63,574 bases of DNA, filler included, from Octopus bimaculoides (GCF_001194135.2; 8 parts of 8 records of this genome joined end to end with filler, not necessarily neighbours in it), one strand, 5' to 3'. Counted from the first letter of the whole stretch, positions 14,048-26,805 are shown. Notes: generated by a model from the letters alone, not told the origin. A program made the numbers and translations.

Positions 14048-14222
14048 GGCGGTGACCTGGCAGAATCGTTAGCACGACGGGCAGAATGATTAGTGGTATT
14101 TCGTCCAACTTTAGGTTCTGAGTTCTAATTCCATGCGGTCGACTTTGCCTTTCATCCTTTCGCGTTAATAAATTATATACAACTTGAACACTTGGGTCAA
14201 TGTAATCGGCTTAACCCTCCCA
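14048..14222 (+). mobile_element. SINE family B
   Basis: ggcggtgacctggcagaatcgttagcacgacgggc head plus gtcgactttgcctttcatcctttcg core. Confidence 0.8.
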
Positions 14223-14326
14223 CGAATGATGTACAGAGGTGTTTCAATACTAAGTCTTGAACATATATATGTCAAACACTTGAACCATAGATATGACAGA
14301 AAATTCTTGTCCATTTAAATTTTAAC

Positions 14327-14510
14327 TTTCATTTGGCCATGCTGGGCCACCGGCTTCATGGGGTTTTGCCGAAAAACTCGACCTCCAATACCTGTTTTTT
14401 TAATTCTGGTACTTATTTGATCCTTTCCTTTTAACGAGCCGCTTAGTTTCCGAGAAGTAAACAAACCAACAACAGCTGTTAAGTAGTGAGGGGCAAACAC
14501 AGACACAATG
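14327..14510 (-). mobile_element. SINE family A, 3' half
   Basis: ggccatgctgggccaccg...gagccgcttagtttccgagaagtaaacaaaccaac is the reverse complement of the family A tail. Confidence 0.7.
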
Positions 14511-14629
14511 ACACACACACTTACATACACACATGTATATTTATGTACATGCATACACACATAAATATGTATATATTTACACATGTGTGTGTGTGTATAA
14601 CACGTGATGTTGTTACGCATCGCAGGTCA

Positions 14630-14823
14630 CAATGCGCTTTTGCATTCGAATAACGCGACACTGCTGGCTAGACGAGTAGGCCAACAATCCTCGCTAGTCG
14701 AAGGGAGTAATATGAAATAAAGTGTTTTGCTCAAGAACACAACGCACCGCCCAGTCAGTGGATCGAACTCACGATCTAGTGATCGTGAGTGCAACACCCT
14801 AACCACCAGACCACGCGCCTTCA
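14630..14823 (-). mobile_element. SINE family C (tRNA head plus CORE-like CTTGAGCAAGACACTTTATTTCA)
   Basis: Reverse complement reads gtgaaggcgcgtggtctggtggttagggtgttgcactcacgatc...gtgagttcgatcc...tcttgagcaaaacactttatttca, with A and B boxes. Confidence 0.8.
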
Positions 14824-14840
14824 CTTATATGTATGTATAC

Positions 14841-14877
<37 letters not shown>

Positions 14878-15805
14878 TATACATCTATGTGTGTATATGT
14901 AAATGTATATACACCCGCACACACATTGCTTGTACAGTTGGATGTATCACTATAAGAAATGTGTAAAGTAATCGATATATTGTTAGTTACGACCAAACTT
15001 TTTCTGGTGTGCTATAAGGTAAAGTTTTTAGCGGCTGCCAGCTAATCTGGTCATTAGTTTTACGTGAGCCCTTTCATTGGTGTGATGCAGCATTGTGAGC
15101 TGAAGGTTAGCTAGACGTGTCGCAACAGTTTATAAAGCATAAGTTTTCTTAAATCTTACAAAAACTCAGGTTTCTGATAAATGTGCAAATTCCTTAGATA
15201 TACTTTGAAATGAAAGCGAAATTCTGTTGCAGTCATACATTCTCATATAACTCAACGAGGGAATTGCACAAGATATGGAGAGAAATCAAAACCGTATGAC
15301 GATCACGGATATTTTATAAGCTTCTCTCTAACTTACTGTATATGCTATGAACATGTAAAAATGATTTAGTCAATTAAGGCTAAAATTATACACCAACAGC
15401 AGAGTTAATAACCTGTGAGCGCTCTAAATATCTATACTGAGTAAACCCTGACCCAGGAATTTGAAACACAACCTGACTGGTTACAGAGTTGCTGTGAAAA
15501 ATACACAAACTATTTCTTGCTCTTAATTCAACTTCAGACTTGGAAATGGACGAGCGAACACGACGGCGTTCTAAGTAGATTAACTATATTTCACTCCCTT
15601 CATGTTGAATTAATATCTAATCTCTCCAACTGATATATGATATGGTTGATAATGAAAACAGCTTAACATTTCTCGCAACTGGCTTACAAAACAGAACACC
15701 CTTAAATCATATTTAATAGTCATAATTATTTATTATGTATTCACAGCAGACGAGGTGTAGATCGGGGTAACGGTTTATTTTAAGGATTACAGAACTGGTT
15801 CTACT

Positions 15806-15836
<31 letters not shown>

Positions 15837-16164
15837 AAAATGAAAAAAGTATTCAGGCTAGTAACATGCTTTTATGTATTTTAGGTGGCAGTAGTAAGTG
15901 AAATATAGGAGAAGCTTTTATTGAATTATCGACTGAAGCTGAAATTACAAGATGTTGCTTTAGCTTCTGCAGGATTGGTTTTACATGTGTGTCTACTTTA
16001 AAACAATGCACAAGCGTAATTAAAAGCATAAAACATTAACATTCCACACACACACCCACACAAATATATATGATATATATATATATATACATATATAAAA
16101 TTAAGAGCTTTCAAACGAGGCAATTTATATTAACATTTTTTTAATTTATATAAAAAATTTATAT

Positions 16165-16345
16165 ATCTGTATATATATAAATGGCAATTTCTGTCTGTCT
16201 GTTATCATCTTAGTGCCTAAACCAGCGAACCAATACTTACAAAACTTTGTATATATGTTGCACTAACATTCAATTCAATAATAGGCTAAAATTGGATTTC
16301 AATAAAAATCTATATGTCCCCACAGGAGCGTTGGGCAAATTATAA
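16165..16345 (+). mobile_element. Possible short non-autonomous Helitron/Helentron-like element
   Basis: tatatataaatggcaatttctgtctgtctg start, aaaccagcgaaccaatacttacaaaactttg motif, and a GC-richer end cccacaggagcgttggg. Family resemblance only. Confidence 0.35.
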
Positions 16346-16489
16346 GATAAAATAAGAAGGTTGAAAAAGTATTAGTGTGAGGGAAAAGTAGTAACAGAAA
16401 GAATACAGTGAAAGCGAGAATACAGTTCTATATTTAAGAGATGAGGAATTATGTACATTATTTACATTATTTACATTAAAAGGATGGTA

Positions 16490-16745
16490 CATAGTTGCAA
16501 AACACACACACACACACAAACACAGACATGCACACACACACACACACAGACGTACATAAAAACATACACAAACATGGACATGCAGGCACATGAATATGCA
16601 GAATACATACATGCAGATGCACACACATACATGCATATATACATATGCATACACGCACATATATACATACACACATTTGCATACCTACATACATACATAC
16701 ATACATATATACATACATACATGCATGCACACACACATACTGACC
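16490..16745. repeat. Compound (CA)n/(ATAC)n/(ATGC) microsatellite
   Basis: Direct reading. Confidence 0.9.
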
Positions 16746-16983
16746 CACAAACATGCGCACAAAGAAACAAAAAGGAACGCAGTGTGTATAACGGACACAG
16801 TAAAGACTATTGAAAAAGTTGCAAGGCGCAACGAAAATTTTAGGAAAATAAAAATAAGGAATAAGTGTAAATTTTACCAGTGAGTGTGTTAAATTATAAG
16901 GCACAAAAAGAAGCTGACTCTCCCCAGACACAACAGAATATGCTTCAACACACGAACTCACATAAAGAATCTTGCAAACCAAA

Positions 16984-17014
<31 letters not shown>

Positions 17015-18119
17015 NNNNNNNNNNNNNNNNNNNNNNNNNNNNNNNNNNNNNNNNNNNNNNNNNNNNNNNNNNNNNNNNNNNNNNNNNNNNNNNNNNNNNN
17101 NNNNNNNNNNNNNNNNNNNNNNNNNNNNNNNNNNNNNNNNNNNNNNNNNNNNNNNNNNNNNNNNNNNNNNNNNNNNNNNNNNNNNNNNNNNNNNNNNNNN
17201 NNNNNNNNNNNNNNNNNNNNNNNNNNNNNNNNNNNNNNNNNNNNNNNNNNNNNNNNNNNNNNNNNNNNNNNNNNNNNNNNNNNNNNNNNNNNNNNNNNNN
17301 NNNNNNNNNNNNNNNNNNNNNNNNNNNNNNNNNNNNNNNNNNNNNNNNNNNNNNNNNNNNNNNNNNNNNNNNNNNNNNNNNNNNNNNNNNNNNNNNNNNN
17401 NNNNNNNNNNNNNNNNNNNNNNNNNNNNNNNNNNNNNNNNNNNNNNNNNNNNNNNNNNNNNNNNNNNNNNNNNNNNNNNNNNNNNNNNNNNNNNNNNNNN
17501 NNNNNNNNNNNNNNNNNNNNNNNNNNNNNNNNNNNNNNNNNNNNNNNNNNNNNNNNNNNNNNNNNNNNNNNNNNNNNNNNNNNNNNNNNNNNNNNNNNNN
17601 NNNNNNNNNNNNNNNNNNNNNNNNNNNNNNNNNNNNNNNNNNNNNNNNNNNNNNNNNNNNNNNNNNNNNNNNNNNNNNNNNNNNNNNNNNNNNNNNNNNN
17701 NNNNNNNNNNNNNNNNNNNNNNNNNNNNNNNNNNNNNNNNNNNNNNNNNNNNNNNNNNNNNNNNNNNNNNNNNNNNNNNNNNNNNNNNNNNNNNNNNNNN
17801 NNNNNNNNNNNNNNNNNNNNNNNNNNNNNNNNNNNNNNNNNNNNNNNNNNNNNNNNNTACAAAACGTCAATAAACAACATATTCTCAATATAAAATAGTG
17901 TACATTTAAACACAAAGGAAGCTGCCTTCAACAAGCAGTTTTACATCATAATTTTTTCAAATTCAGCGCGCAAGCGCAGTTTCAGTCGGCAGTACATGAG
18001 TATAAGCCGAACTAATCTTCTAAAAATTGCTAAAAACATATACGTAAAATATAGGGTAGCGAGTTTTTTTCAGAAATTTCAATACCAGTGGCCTAGCATG
18101 TATAAAAAGTGTGTGTGTA

Positions 18120-18332
18120 TGTTTGTGTGCGTGTATTTGTCCCCCCCCACACACCAACATCGCTTGACAACCGACGCTGGTGTGTTTCCGTCCCCGTAAC
18201 TTAGCGGTTCGGCAAAAGACCGATAGAATAGGTACTAGGCTTACAAAGGGTACGTCTTGGGGTCGATTTGTTCGACTGAAGGCGGTGCTCCAGCATGGCC
18301 GCAGTCAAATGACTGAAACAAGTAAAAGAAAG
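18120..18332 (+). mobile_element. SINE family A, 3' half
   Basis: catcgcttgacaaccgacgctggtgtgtttccgtccccgtaacttagcggttcggcaaaagaccgatagaa...ccagcatggccgcagtcaaatgactgaaacaagtaaaaga. Confidence 0.9.
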
Positions 18333-18963
18333 AAAATTAGGTATTTATGGAATTTTGATTTAGTGTCAGGTGACTTTTAGCCTGTACTGTGTGTGTGTGT
18401 GTGTATATGTGTGTGTGCATGTGTGTACATACATATATATATGTCTGTGTGTGTATATATGTGTGTGTATGTGTGTGTATGTGTGTATGTGTCTGTGTGT
18501 ATGTATGTATGCATGTATAGATATATATTTAGAATCTCTAGTGTATTATTCCACAACGATAAGCAGGATACCAAATTGACCTTTGAAATAATTCTCTGCA
18601 GTTTGTGTTTTCTGACTCCCCCTGTGTCTGATTTTTTGAGATTAATAAGTCTAATCTTAGTTTTTGCAGTTGAAGTTGCCAATGGGTTCCTTAAAAAGGA
18701 GAAACAGTTGAGGAGGTTCATGTTGTCAGTTCTGTCATGTACGTTGTGCCTGGAAATTATAAGTTTGACTACATCTACCTGAAATACTTATTCCCCGTTA
18801 TGCCAATCTCCACATATTAAGCGGATAAAATAGACAGCAAACAGAGTAGCAGGGACGATAGTCCATTGAACGAGGTCGGAAAAAAAATGAGGTATTGAGT
18901 CTCAACTGAGAAAGAAATAATCTTTCAAATTTTTATACAAGAACGCTATTGAGGAATGCTGCA

Positions 18964-19130
18964 AGTCGATTATATCTTCCCCCAGCACTCGTGTGATATT
19001 TATTTCATCGGCCCCGAAAGAATGAAAGGCAAAGCTGACCTCGGCCGAATTTGATCTCAGAACATAAAAACGGACGAAATGCCGTTAAACATTTTTCCCG
19101 GCGTATTAACGATTCTGCCAGCTGACCGCT
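18964..19130 (-). mobile_element. SINE family B
   Basis: ccccgaaagaatgaaaggcaaagctgacctcggccgaatttgatctcagaac...aacgattctgccagct. Confidence 0.85.
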
Positions 19131-19412
19131 TTTCCAGCGACACTAATAATAATTTCAAATTTTGATGCAAGGCCAGCAATTTTGGAGCAGGAGTACAGTC
19201 AATTACACCGACTCCAGTGCACAACTTGAACTTATTTTATGTAAGAGCTTGTGGATAGATCACAATAAAATCAGTTACCGTTTCATTTCTGCTTTTACTC
19301 TTTTACAAGAAATTAATGATATTTTGGTCTCACGAATCAATTCCTTGTGTTATTTTTTACTGTATATTTGCTGTAGAGTTGAAGAAAAAAAATTTCATGT
19401 GCACCTTAATAT

Positions 19413-19540
19413 TAGCTTCAAATTTCGGCACAGGGCCAGTAACTTCGGGCAGTGGGGTTGTCATTTACATCGATATCAGTACTCAACTAGTACTTATTTT
19501 ATCGATCCTGAAAAGGATGAAGGGTAAAATCGACCTCGGT
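19413..19540 (-). mobile_element. SINE family B, 3' part (a second tail fragment lies at 19150-19220)
   Basis: ttcaaatttcggcacagggccag...tacttattttatcgatcctgaaaaggatgaagggtaaaatcgacctcgg. Confidence 0.8.
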
Positions 19541-19543
19541 GGA

Positions 19544-19700
19544 TCTTGTGCTTGCAGAGGGGCTAGCACGAGACCACCAACGGTGGAGAGCAATGGTGGA
19601 CCTCGTCGGCTCTACGCATAATGACGTCTCTGGAACCACTAACCTGGGATGATCCCAGCTCCATCAAACAAGAGCATGAAGCAAGCAAGTAAGCAAGCAT
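19544..19700 (+). mobile_element. RTE-type LINE 3' end
   Basis: Translates AEGLARDHQRWRAMVDLVGS (similar to the RTE C-terminal A.DR..WR..V motif), followed by an (AAGC)n tail. Confidence 0.55.
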
Positions 19701-20565
19701 ATCATGTGTTTTCCAAAACGGAGACGATCACCCTTTCTCCATGTGATCGGCTTGAAAAATTGGTAAGACACTTATTTTCCCAATTTTCTTAACATGAAAC
19801 CAGTGGTAATATTAATTCACAAATAAAGAAATTATATCCATCAATGCTGTGTTTAGCACTCATTTTCATCGTTCAGCATTTACGTGTGTGTGTGTGTGTG
19901 TGTGCGTGTGTGTGTTGTGTGTGTGTGTGTATAAAGACAAAGAGTGAAAGAAAGAGCAGTTAAAGCCGAACTCCAACGTGTTGAATGGCCGTTGCTTTTT
20001 GAAAATAAAAATAAAGTAAAAGCAAACAGACTTTTAGTCTTGGTACAAAAATGATGTAAGGCGGGCAAAATAAATGAAGTCTGTTTAATTAGTCACTGTG
20101 GTCAATACAAAACTAATTTCACGATTATTGTACAAACAAAATAAATCAATTAATTTTTTTTTTTTTTTTAATTTACAAGCACATTTTTCGATCTTCAGTT
20201 GTATATACCATATTATAAGAAAAATATAAATAACTATAAAATAAATTTATCTTCACTTATCCACATCAATTCGTAACCCAAGGTATTCAGTATTGAAAAG
20301 TGTAAGAGAGGAAGAAGAACCATACTTCTTCATTCACATTCAAACACGCTTTCTAATCTGTTGCTGAGCCGATAGCTGCAAATACATCACAAAAAACTGC
20401 TACTCGGAGTTTCACATTCTCAATCGTCGGACAGTTTAGATTGAGAATATATATATATAGTAATATTTTATAAGCTTAATGCTTATAAGCGATCACCGCA
20501 CAATGACTAAAGAAGGTAGTCTAATGATGGGGTATATAAGTCATCGACGGAAAAAAGTAGTCTTC

Positions 20566-20639
20566 CCGTACGCGTGTGACTCGAACCCACACCCCTTCGT
20601 TTTTACGACAAGTGTGGTAACTATTTACACCAACGTACA
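20566..20639 (-). tRNA. tRNA-like cloverleaf, probably non-functional or tRNA-derived
   Basis: Acceptor TGTACGT/GCGTACG, D arm GTG/CAC with A box TGGTGTAAATAG, anticodon arm CTTGT-CGTAAAA-ACGAA (U33 missing), 5-nt variable loop, T arm GTGGG-TTCGAGT-CACAC. T6 at 20551-20556, about 10 nt downstream. Confidence 0.6.
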
Positions 20640-21054
20640 ACCATGCTTCTTTACGTCATATTTAAGAACTATAATTAGTTCGTAGTGTTATCTTTGTAAG
20701 CAAACTTTCATGTGCTTTCACTGCGATGGTTTTTGTTAAGCAGTGTCAATTTTTACAATTTTGTAAATAATAATAATAGTATTTTATAAACTTAAAGCTT
20801 ATAAGCGATCACCGCACACTGACTAAAGAAAATAGTCTAATAATGTGGCATATAAGCTCTCGACAGAAAAAAGAAATTGTAAAAATCGACGCTGCCTAAC
20901 AATGTGGCATATAAGCTCTCGACAGAAAAAAGAAATTGTAAAAATCGACGCTGCCTAACAAAAACCATTGCAGTAAAAGTACAAGAAAGTTTGTTTGCAA
21001 AAACAACACTATGAACTAATTATAGTTCTTAAATATGACGGCAAGATGCATGGT

Positions 21055-21119
21055 TGTACGTTGGTGTAAATGACTTGCACACTTGTCGCGAAAACAAAGA
21101 GGTGTGGGTTCGAATACGG
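21055..21119 (+). pseudogene. Second tRNA-like copy with a deletion in the T-stem/acceptor 3' side
   Basis: tgtacgttggtgtaaatgacttgcacacttgtcgcgaaaacaaagaggtgtgggttcgaatacggg. T6 at 21131-21136. Confidence 0.55.
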
Positions 21120-21278
21120 GAAAACCTATATTTTTTCAGCCGAGGGCTTATATGCTCCATTAGTAGACTATTTTCTTTAATCATTGCGTGGTGATCGCTA
21201 TAGGCTCTAAGCTTATAAAATACTATTATTATTATTTACAAAATTGTAAAAATCGACGCTGCTTAACAACAACCATCG

Positions 21279-21314
<36 letters not shown>

Positions 21315-21747
21315 TACATAATACACAAACACATATATATATGTATATAACGTGTGTTCATCTAATTGTCGATATATGCGGATATACTCGCCCGCATAGA
21401 AGCATAAATGGATTGTTTGTGTCAGAACTATACACGTTTACATCCCACTCGCTGATACATACAGACAAACTTACACAAGCACGAATCTGAATAGCACGTT
21501 CACATTGAAGCACGTATATGCCTAACAACATCAACAGCAACATCTTCAGGTATCAGTCCTTGATTATTCTCTGTTAATTAATTAGACAAGTGTTTCCGCT
21601 TGTGCTTCCCGCCGTACTTATTCCCTCGCATTACCGAAACAGCATGCCATGTCTACTAATATTAGCAAATTGACAGACAAAACAGACTGAAAGACGGACA
21701 CTCATACATATACAAGCACATACATACACATACATATGTGTATTTGT

Positions 21748-21780
<33 letters not shown>

Positions 21781-21984
21781 TGATGCATGCTCATACACAT
21801 GCGTTTATAGATTATAAACGGAAATAATCTTATACACAGATCCCAAGCGTTATCAAATCTGCGTATGCCTATACACACACGCGTTCCTGTGCACACACAC
21901 ACACACTCACACACACACACGCGCGCGCACACACTCCAAGGTGATTAAACTGTGGAAGGCTCGCGTAAACATACAAGGGCGAAT

Positions 21985-22140
21985 TAGCAGAGTGGTTACG
22001 ATGACTTTGTGCTCTGAGTTTTCAGTCGCACCGTAGTCGATTCTGTTTTTATCCTTTCCCTTCGGTGTTGATGGAAAAACCAGGCCAGCAGTGTGTTGGT
22101 TCTTCCATCTTCCCTTCTCTCCATCGACTAACCCTCTGTT
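21985..22140 (+). mobile_element. SINE family B, highly degenerate
   Basis: tagcagagtggttacg...gctctgagttttcagtcgcaccgtagtcgattctgttttatcctttcccttcggtgttgat. Confidence 0.45.
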
Positions 22141-22332
22141 TCATTGTCAGCGTGTCTAACTGACTATATGTCTGTCTCTGTTACAGTGGAAGAAATCGGC
22201 TGTATTCAAATCAGCGAATGATGGATTCCACCAGGTTTAAAATGCCAGCAAACACCGAATGTACCACTTGAGAACCCAAGGAGAAAATACATCTATCCTT
22301 CCATCCATCCATCATCCATCTATCCACACACA

Positions 22333-22378
<46 letters not shown>

Positions 22379-23410
22379 NNNNNNNNNNNNNNNNNNNNNN
22401 NNNNNNNNNNNNNNNNNNNNNNNNNNNNNNNNNNNNNNNNNNNNNNNNNNNNNNNNNNNNNNNNNNNNNNNNNNNNNNNNNNNNNNNNNNNNNNNNNNNN
22501 NNNNNNNNNNNNNNNNNNNNNNNNNNNNNNNNNNNNNNNNNNNNNNNNNNNNNNNNNNNNNNNNNNNNNNNNNNNNNNNNNNNNNNNNNNNNNNNNNNNN
22601 NNNNNNNNNNNNNNNNNNNNNNNNNNNNNNNNNNNNNNNNNNNNNNNNNNNNNNNNNNNNNNNNNNNNNNNNNNNNNNNNNNNNNNNNNNNNNNNNNNNN
22701 NNNNNNNNNNNNNNNNNNNNNNNNNNNNNNNNNNNNNNNNNNNNNNNNNNNNNNNNNNNNNNNNNNNNNNNNNNNNNNNNNNNNNNNNNNNNNNNNNNNN
22801 NNNNNNNNNNNGTTTGCAATGTCCTGTACCCAGATATGCACCTATATATACAGGTAGACGTAGGTATGCACATACCTGTACGTATATATGCATATACTCA
22901 TTTATTATTTGTTTTATATATATATATTTATATACATTATAGTAAGAATGGATACATAAGGGTGGAAGACCACAGGAACAATACCGTATATCCAACGCAA
23001 GAATTTAATATATGTGTCTCTGTGTGCGTGTTCAATTCATTCTAGAATCAATAAATATATAGTTTTAAGTCTCTAAAATGTCTAAAAAGTAAGGTAAAAT
23101 AAAGTATACAGGTATATAGAACGATATAAACTTCAGAAATATCATGAATGTTTAAAATATTTATTTCAAAATATTTATAAACATGCATAGTTTCCAAGTT
23201 GTATACAAATATTTGACAATTTAAGATAATACATTACAATATATACACGTAAAGTATGATTTAACATATAATGGGTAAATATATACGATATGATATTATA
23301 AATTTACATGCTGAGCACTTCAACTCGTTTTTATGTATTGTTATATTAACAATACACAATTATACAAAAAATTACAGCTTATATACATATATATATGTAT
23401 GTGTGTATGT

Positions 23411-23455
<45 letters not shown>

Positions 23456-23747
23456 ATTCAGTAATCTGAGCCTTCCCGAGCCAGGTTTCTGTTAGGAGCC
23501 TGCGACTCTCTAAGTTGCATGGAGCTGAATCAAACTATTTAAAATAACAATATATCTATCTCCTATTAAATCTGTTGAGTGCCTTTTTATTTCGTTTGTC
23601 CACTCATTGTATACATACATACATACATACATACATATGTATAGTTTATGTATTTATGTGTGTATATATATGTATAATTTAAATTAACTCTATGAACGAC
23701 AATGAAACGAATACCACCATTCTTATTAAGCAGGCTTGTTGGCGTTA

Positions 23748-23800
23748 AGCCGGTTTAGTCGCCGACGGCTCGACCATGCGGCAGGTTGTTACTGGGCTAT
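23748..23800 (-). mobile_element. Isolated 5'-terminal motif of the R4/Dong-like LINE
   Basis: ccggtttagtcgccgacggctcgaccatgcggcaggttgttactgggc closely matches 45790-45837 at the 5' end of the RT-bearing element. Confidence 0.65.
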
Positions 23801-23829
23801 CATATATACATATATATGTGTGTGTGTGC

Positions 23830-23875
<46 letters not shown>

Positions 23876-24849
23876 NNNNNNNNNNNNNNNNNNNNNNNNN
23901 NNNNNNNNNNNNNNNNNNNNNNNNNNNNNNNNNNNNNNNNNNNNNNNNNNNNNNNNNNNNNNNNNNNNNNNNNNNNNNNNNNNNNNNNNNNNNNNNNNNN
24001 NNNNNNNNNNNNNNNNNNNNNNNNNNNNNNNNNNNNNNNNNNNNNNNNNNNNNNNNNNNNNNNNNNNNNNNNNNNNNNNNNNNNNNNNNNNNNNNNNNNN
24101 NNNNNNNNNNNNNNNNNNNNNNNNNNNNNNNNNNNNNNNNNNNNNNNNNNNNNNNNNNNNNNNNNNNNNNNNNNNNNNNNNNNNNNNNNNNNNNNNNNNN
24201 NNNNNNNNNNNNNNNNNNNNNNNNNNNNNNNNNNNNNNNNNNNNNNNNNNNNNNNNNNNNNNNNNNNNNNNNNNNNNNNNNNNNNNNNNNNNNNNNNNNN
24301 NNNNNNNNNNNNNNNNNNNNNNNNNNNNNNNNNNNNNNNNNNNNNNNNNNNNNNNNNNNNNNNNNNNNNNNNNNNNNNNNNNNNNNNNNNNNNNNNNNNN
24401 NNNNNNNNNNNNNNNNNNNNNNNNNNNNNNNNNNNNNNNNNNNNNNNNNNNNNNNNNNNNNNNNNNNNNNNNNNNNNNNNNNNNNNNNNNNNNNNNNNNN
24501 NNGGGTAAAATTATAGAAAATAAAGGACAATCTTTCTACTACGCGCAGCGAAAATATGAGAAACAGGCAAAAAAAAAAAAGCGGTGGAAAGGAAGAAGGG
24601 ACATATCCGTTTTTCAAAGGTACATGACTTTCACATTGAGAATGTCCTATACATACATACATACATACATACGTGTGTGTGTTTGTGTGTGTGTGTGTGT
24701 TGTGTTGTGTTGTGTGCGTGCGTGTGTGTGTGTGTGTGTAGTTACTTAGCCAATGATATTGTGCAACCACAGGTGAAACTCAGAGTAGCGAGAAACTAAC
24801 TCGATCAAAATAAAATACTTTTAATCTTTTCTGTAATATCGAAAACTCA

Positions 24850-25280
24850 TTTTCCGAAAGGAGATGTAAACCTCAATGAAAAGCACCAATTACGGCCAAT
24901 AAATGCTCATGCAGAGAAAAAATCAAAATGCCCATTGGTGAATCTCTGTATGAGTACAAATCTTGTATATAAATGTACCTTGCACACAAGAGGAGTACCA
25001 TATGTTTATATTGTCGCCAGCTTCAAGTGAATCAATAAAAAACATTCAACATCTTCGGCCGATTTTGTATAGCGACTGAAGAAAGATAAAATTAAGTATA
25101 GCATAACTTGGTCCATAGTAAGGCCCGCAAAACCATACAGTGTCATTACCAGGAGATGCCGACTCTGCTCCCAGGAATCCCTGTCTATTCTGTGGACCAA
25201 TGAGTAGATCATTAATAGAATTTCTGAAAGACTTTCAAGATGGCTACACGCATATAAATGTACTTTCGCACAAAGCAATG
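24850..25280 (+). mobile_element. Penelope-like element 3' end (GIY-YIG endonuclease remnant)
   Basis: Frameshifted translation KCPLVNLCMSTNLVYKCT...LKKDKIKYSITWSIVRPAKPYSVITRRCRLCSQESLSIL...IINRISERLSR matches the CPL..C...N.VY / W.I...A.PY...C.LC..E pattern. Confidence 0.75.
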
Positions 25281-25932
25281 TGAATGAATTTGAGTAACTG
25301 TAATCATAATTTATTTTAAGGTGTGGATGAATTAAGTTTAGCTTTAATTTCCCCATTCCTATAAACACCAAGTAGCTATTTAACTGTCTTTGTGATGGTG
25401 AATGCACCAAACCTCACGTGTGCGTAAGCTTACATTTTCACGGATGCCTGTATGAGCGAGGGTGCACGCTCATATCTGTTAACGTTTATTTTTAATACTT
25501 TTCTCGCTGTATTGCGTGTTCGTTTCTTTTTTGCATCTGCGATTTTATTTTTGATCTTCTATATAAATGAAGACATTTCCATCATTTTGCTGCTTTTCTT
25601 TCTACGAAATGGGAAGATACATTGCGAAAATGTTATTTTAACTAGTTGTATCTATTTATCACCCGATGAGACACATTGTTTACTTACAGTTTCATTGTAC
25701 TTATATGAATAATACTGCCCACTCTCCAATTATTGTTCACATTTCTTGTTATTAAAAGCCGTTATTTATTGATTATAAGAACTTTCAAAATCTCAGGATG
25801 GAAAACTTAAAGTAGTTATTTTTGGCTGTAAGAGAAACGAAATAAGAGCTCAGAAAAAGACAATTCGCTACTTTAGCTCTTCCGCAACATACAACATAGC
25901 TCAATATTGTTTATTAGTATGTAGGTATACCA

Positions 25933-26228
25933 ATGAAGTCATTTAGCTTAGTGGTTAGGATATTCGGTTCACGATCGTAAAGTTGTGAGTTCAATTCCCG
26001 GTGACGCGTTCTGTCCTCGAGCAAGACACTTTCTTTTACGTTACTCTAGTCCACTCAGCTGGCAAAATTGAGTAGTTCCTGTATTTCAAAGGGCTAGCTT
26101 TGTCACATTCTGTGTCACGCTGAATCTGCATGAGAACCATGTTAATGGTAAAAGTGTTAGTGGATTGCTCAGTCCGTTAATTTCACGAGCAACTGGGACT
26201 CTTGTCATAGTAACTGATGAAGTGCCAG
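25933..26228 (+). mobile_element. SINE family C, full length
   Basis: tagcttagtggttaggatattcggttcacgatcg...gagttcaattcccgg...cctcgagcaagacactt...ctgtatttcaaaggg, ending in a (GTA)n tail. Confidence 0.88.
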
Positions 26229-26719
26229 TAGTAGTAGTAGTAGGTATATCACAAACTTTCATGGTTTCGATTTCGACTCTACGTTGTTTCTTATTTTGTG
26301 AAATAATCTTATTTCAAGAAACAGGCGTTTTTTAATTCAGTCGATTTATAAAATTGAAAAAAAACACACCTAAAAACCAAAATGGAGTGAAAAAAAATGA
26401 AATAAAATTCATGTGAAAATATGTGTAAACTATTTATTAAACCAAATATATGGTAATAATTTTGTTTTTAATGATTTTTCCTTTTCCGAGTTAAGTCGCA
26501 TGTCTTAGAACCTATTACCGATGTAGGTTGGGGTATATCTATATTCGATATTTGAACTACGACCTTTCACCACAAACATAACATAAAGAATATCAGATAA
26601 TGACCAACAGAAATAAAGAAATGAATACAATATCTCAGTAGAAAATGTATACTAAATAAGGAGGAGCTCTAATAAACGACAGCTCTAACGAATGCTTTTA
26701 TATGCATATTTATTAGTGT

Positions 26720-26805
<86 letters not shown>

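Larger units (their letters stand above)
20481..21290. repeat. 316-bp tandem unit (about 1.2 copies in each orientation) forming an inverted array
   Basis: gcttataagcgatcaccgcaca occurs at 20481 and 20797. From about 20873 the unit runs in reverse complement through about 21290. Confidence 0.9.

Noticed and set aside
14750-14823. SINE heads as functional tRNA genes (also 25933, 31376, 37020, 62500)
   Set aside because: They continue into SINE bodies and lack complete acceptor stems or terminators.
18560-18790. Open frames on both strands with possible acceptors
   Set aside because: Weak donors, no recognisable protein, and the ORFs are extended by microsatellite.
20481-21290. Possible CRISPR-like or repeat-spacer array
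   Set aside because: The units are contiguous 316-bp and 59-bp duplications without unique spacers, there are no cas genes, and the context is eukaryotic.
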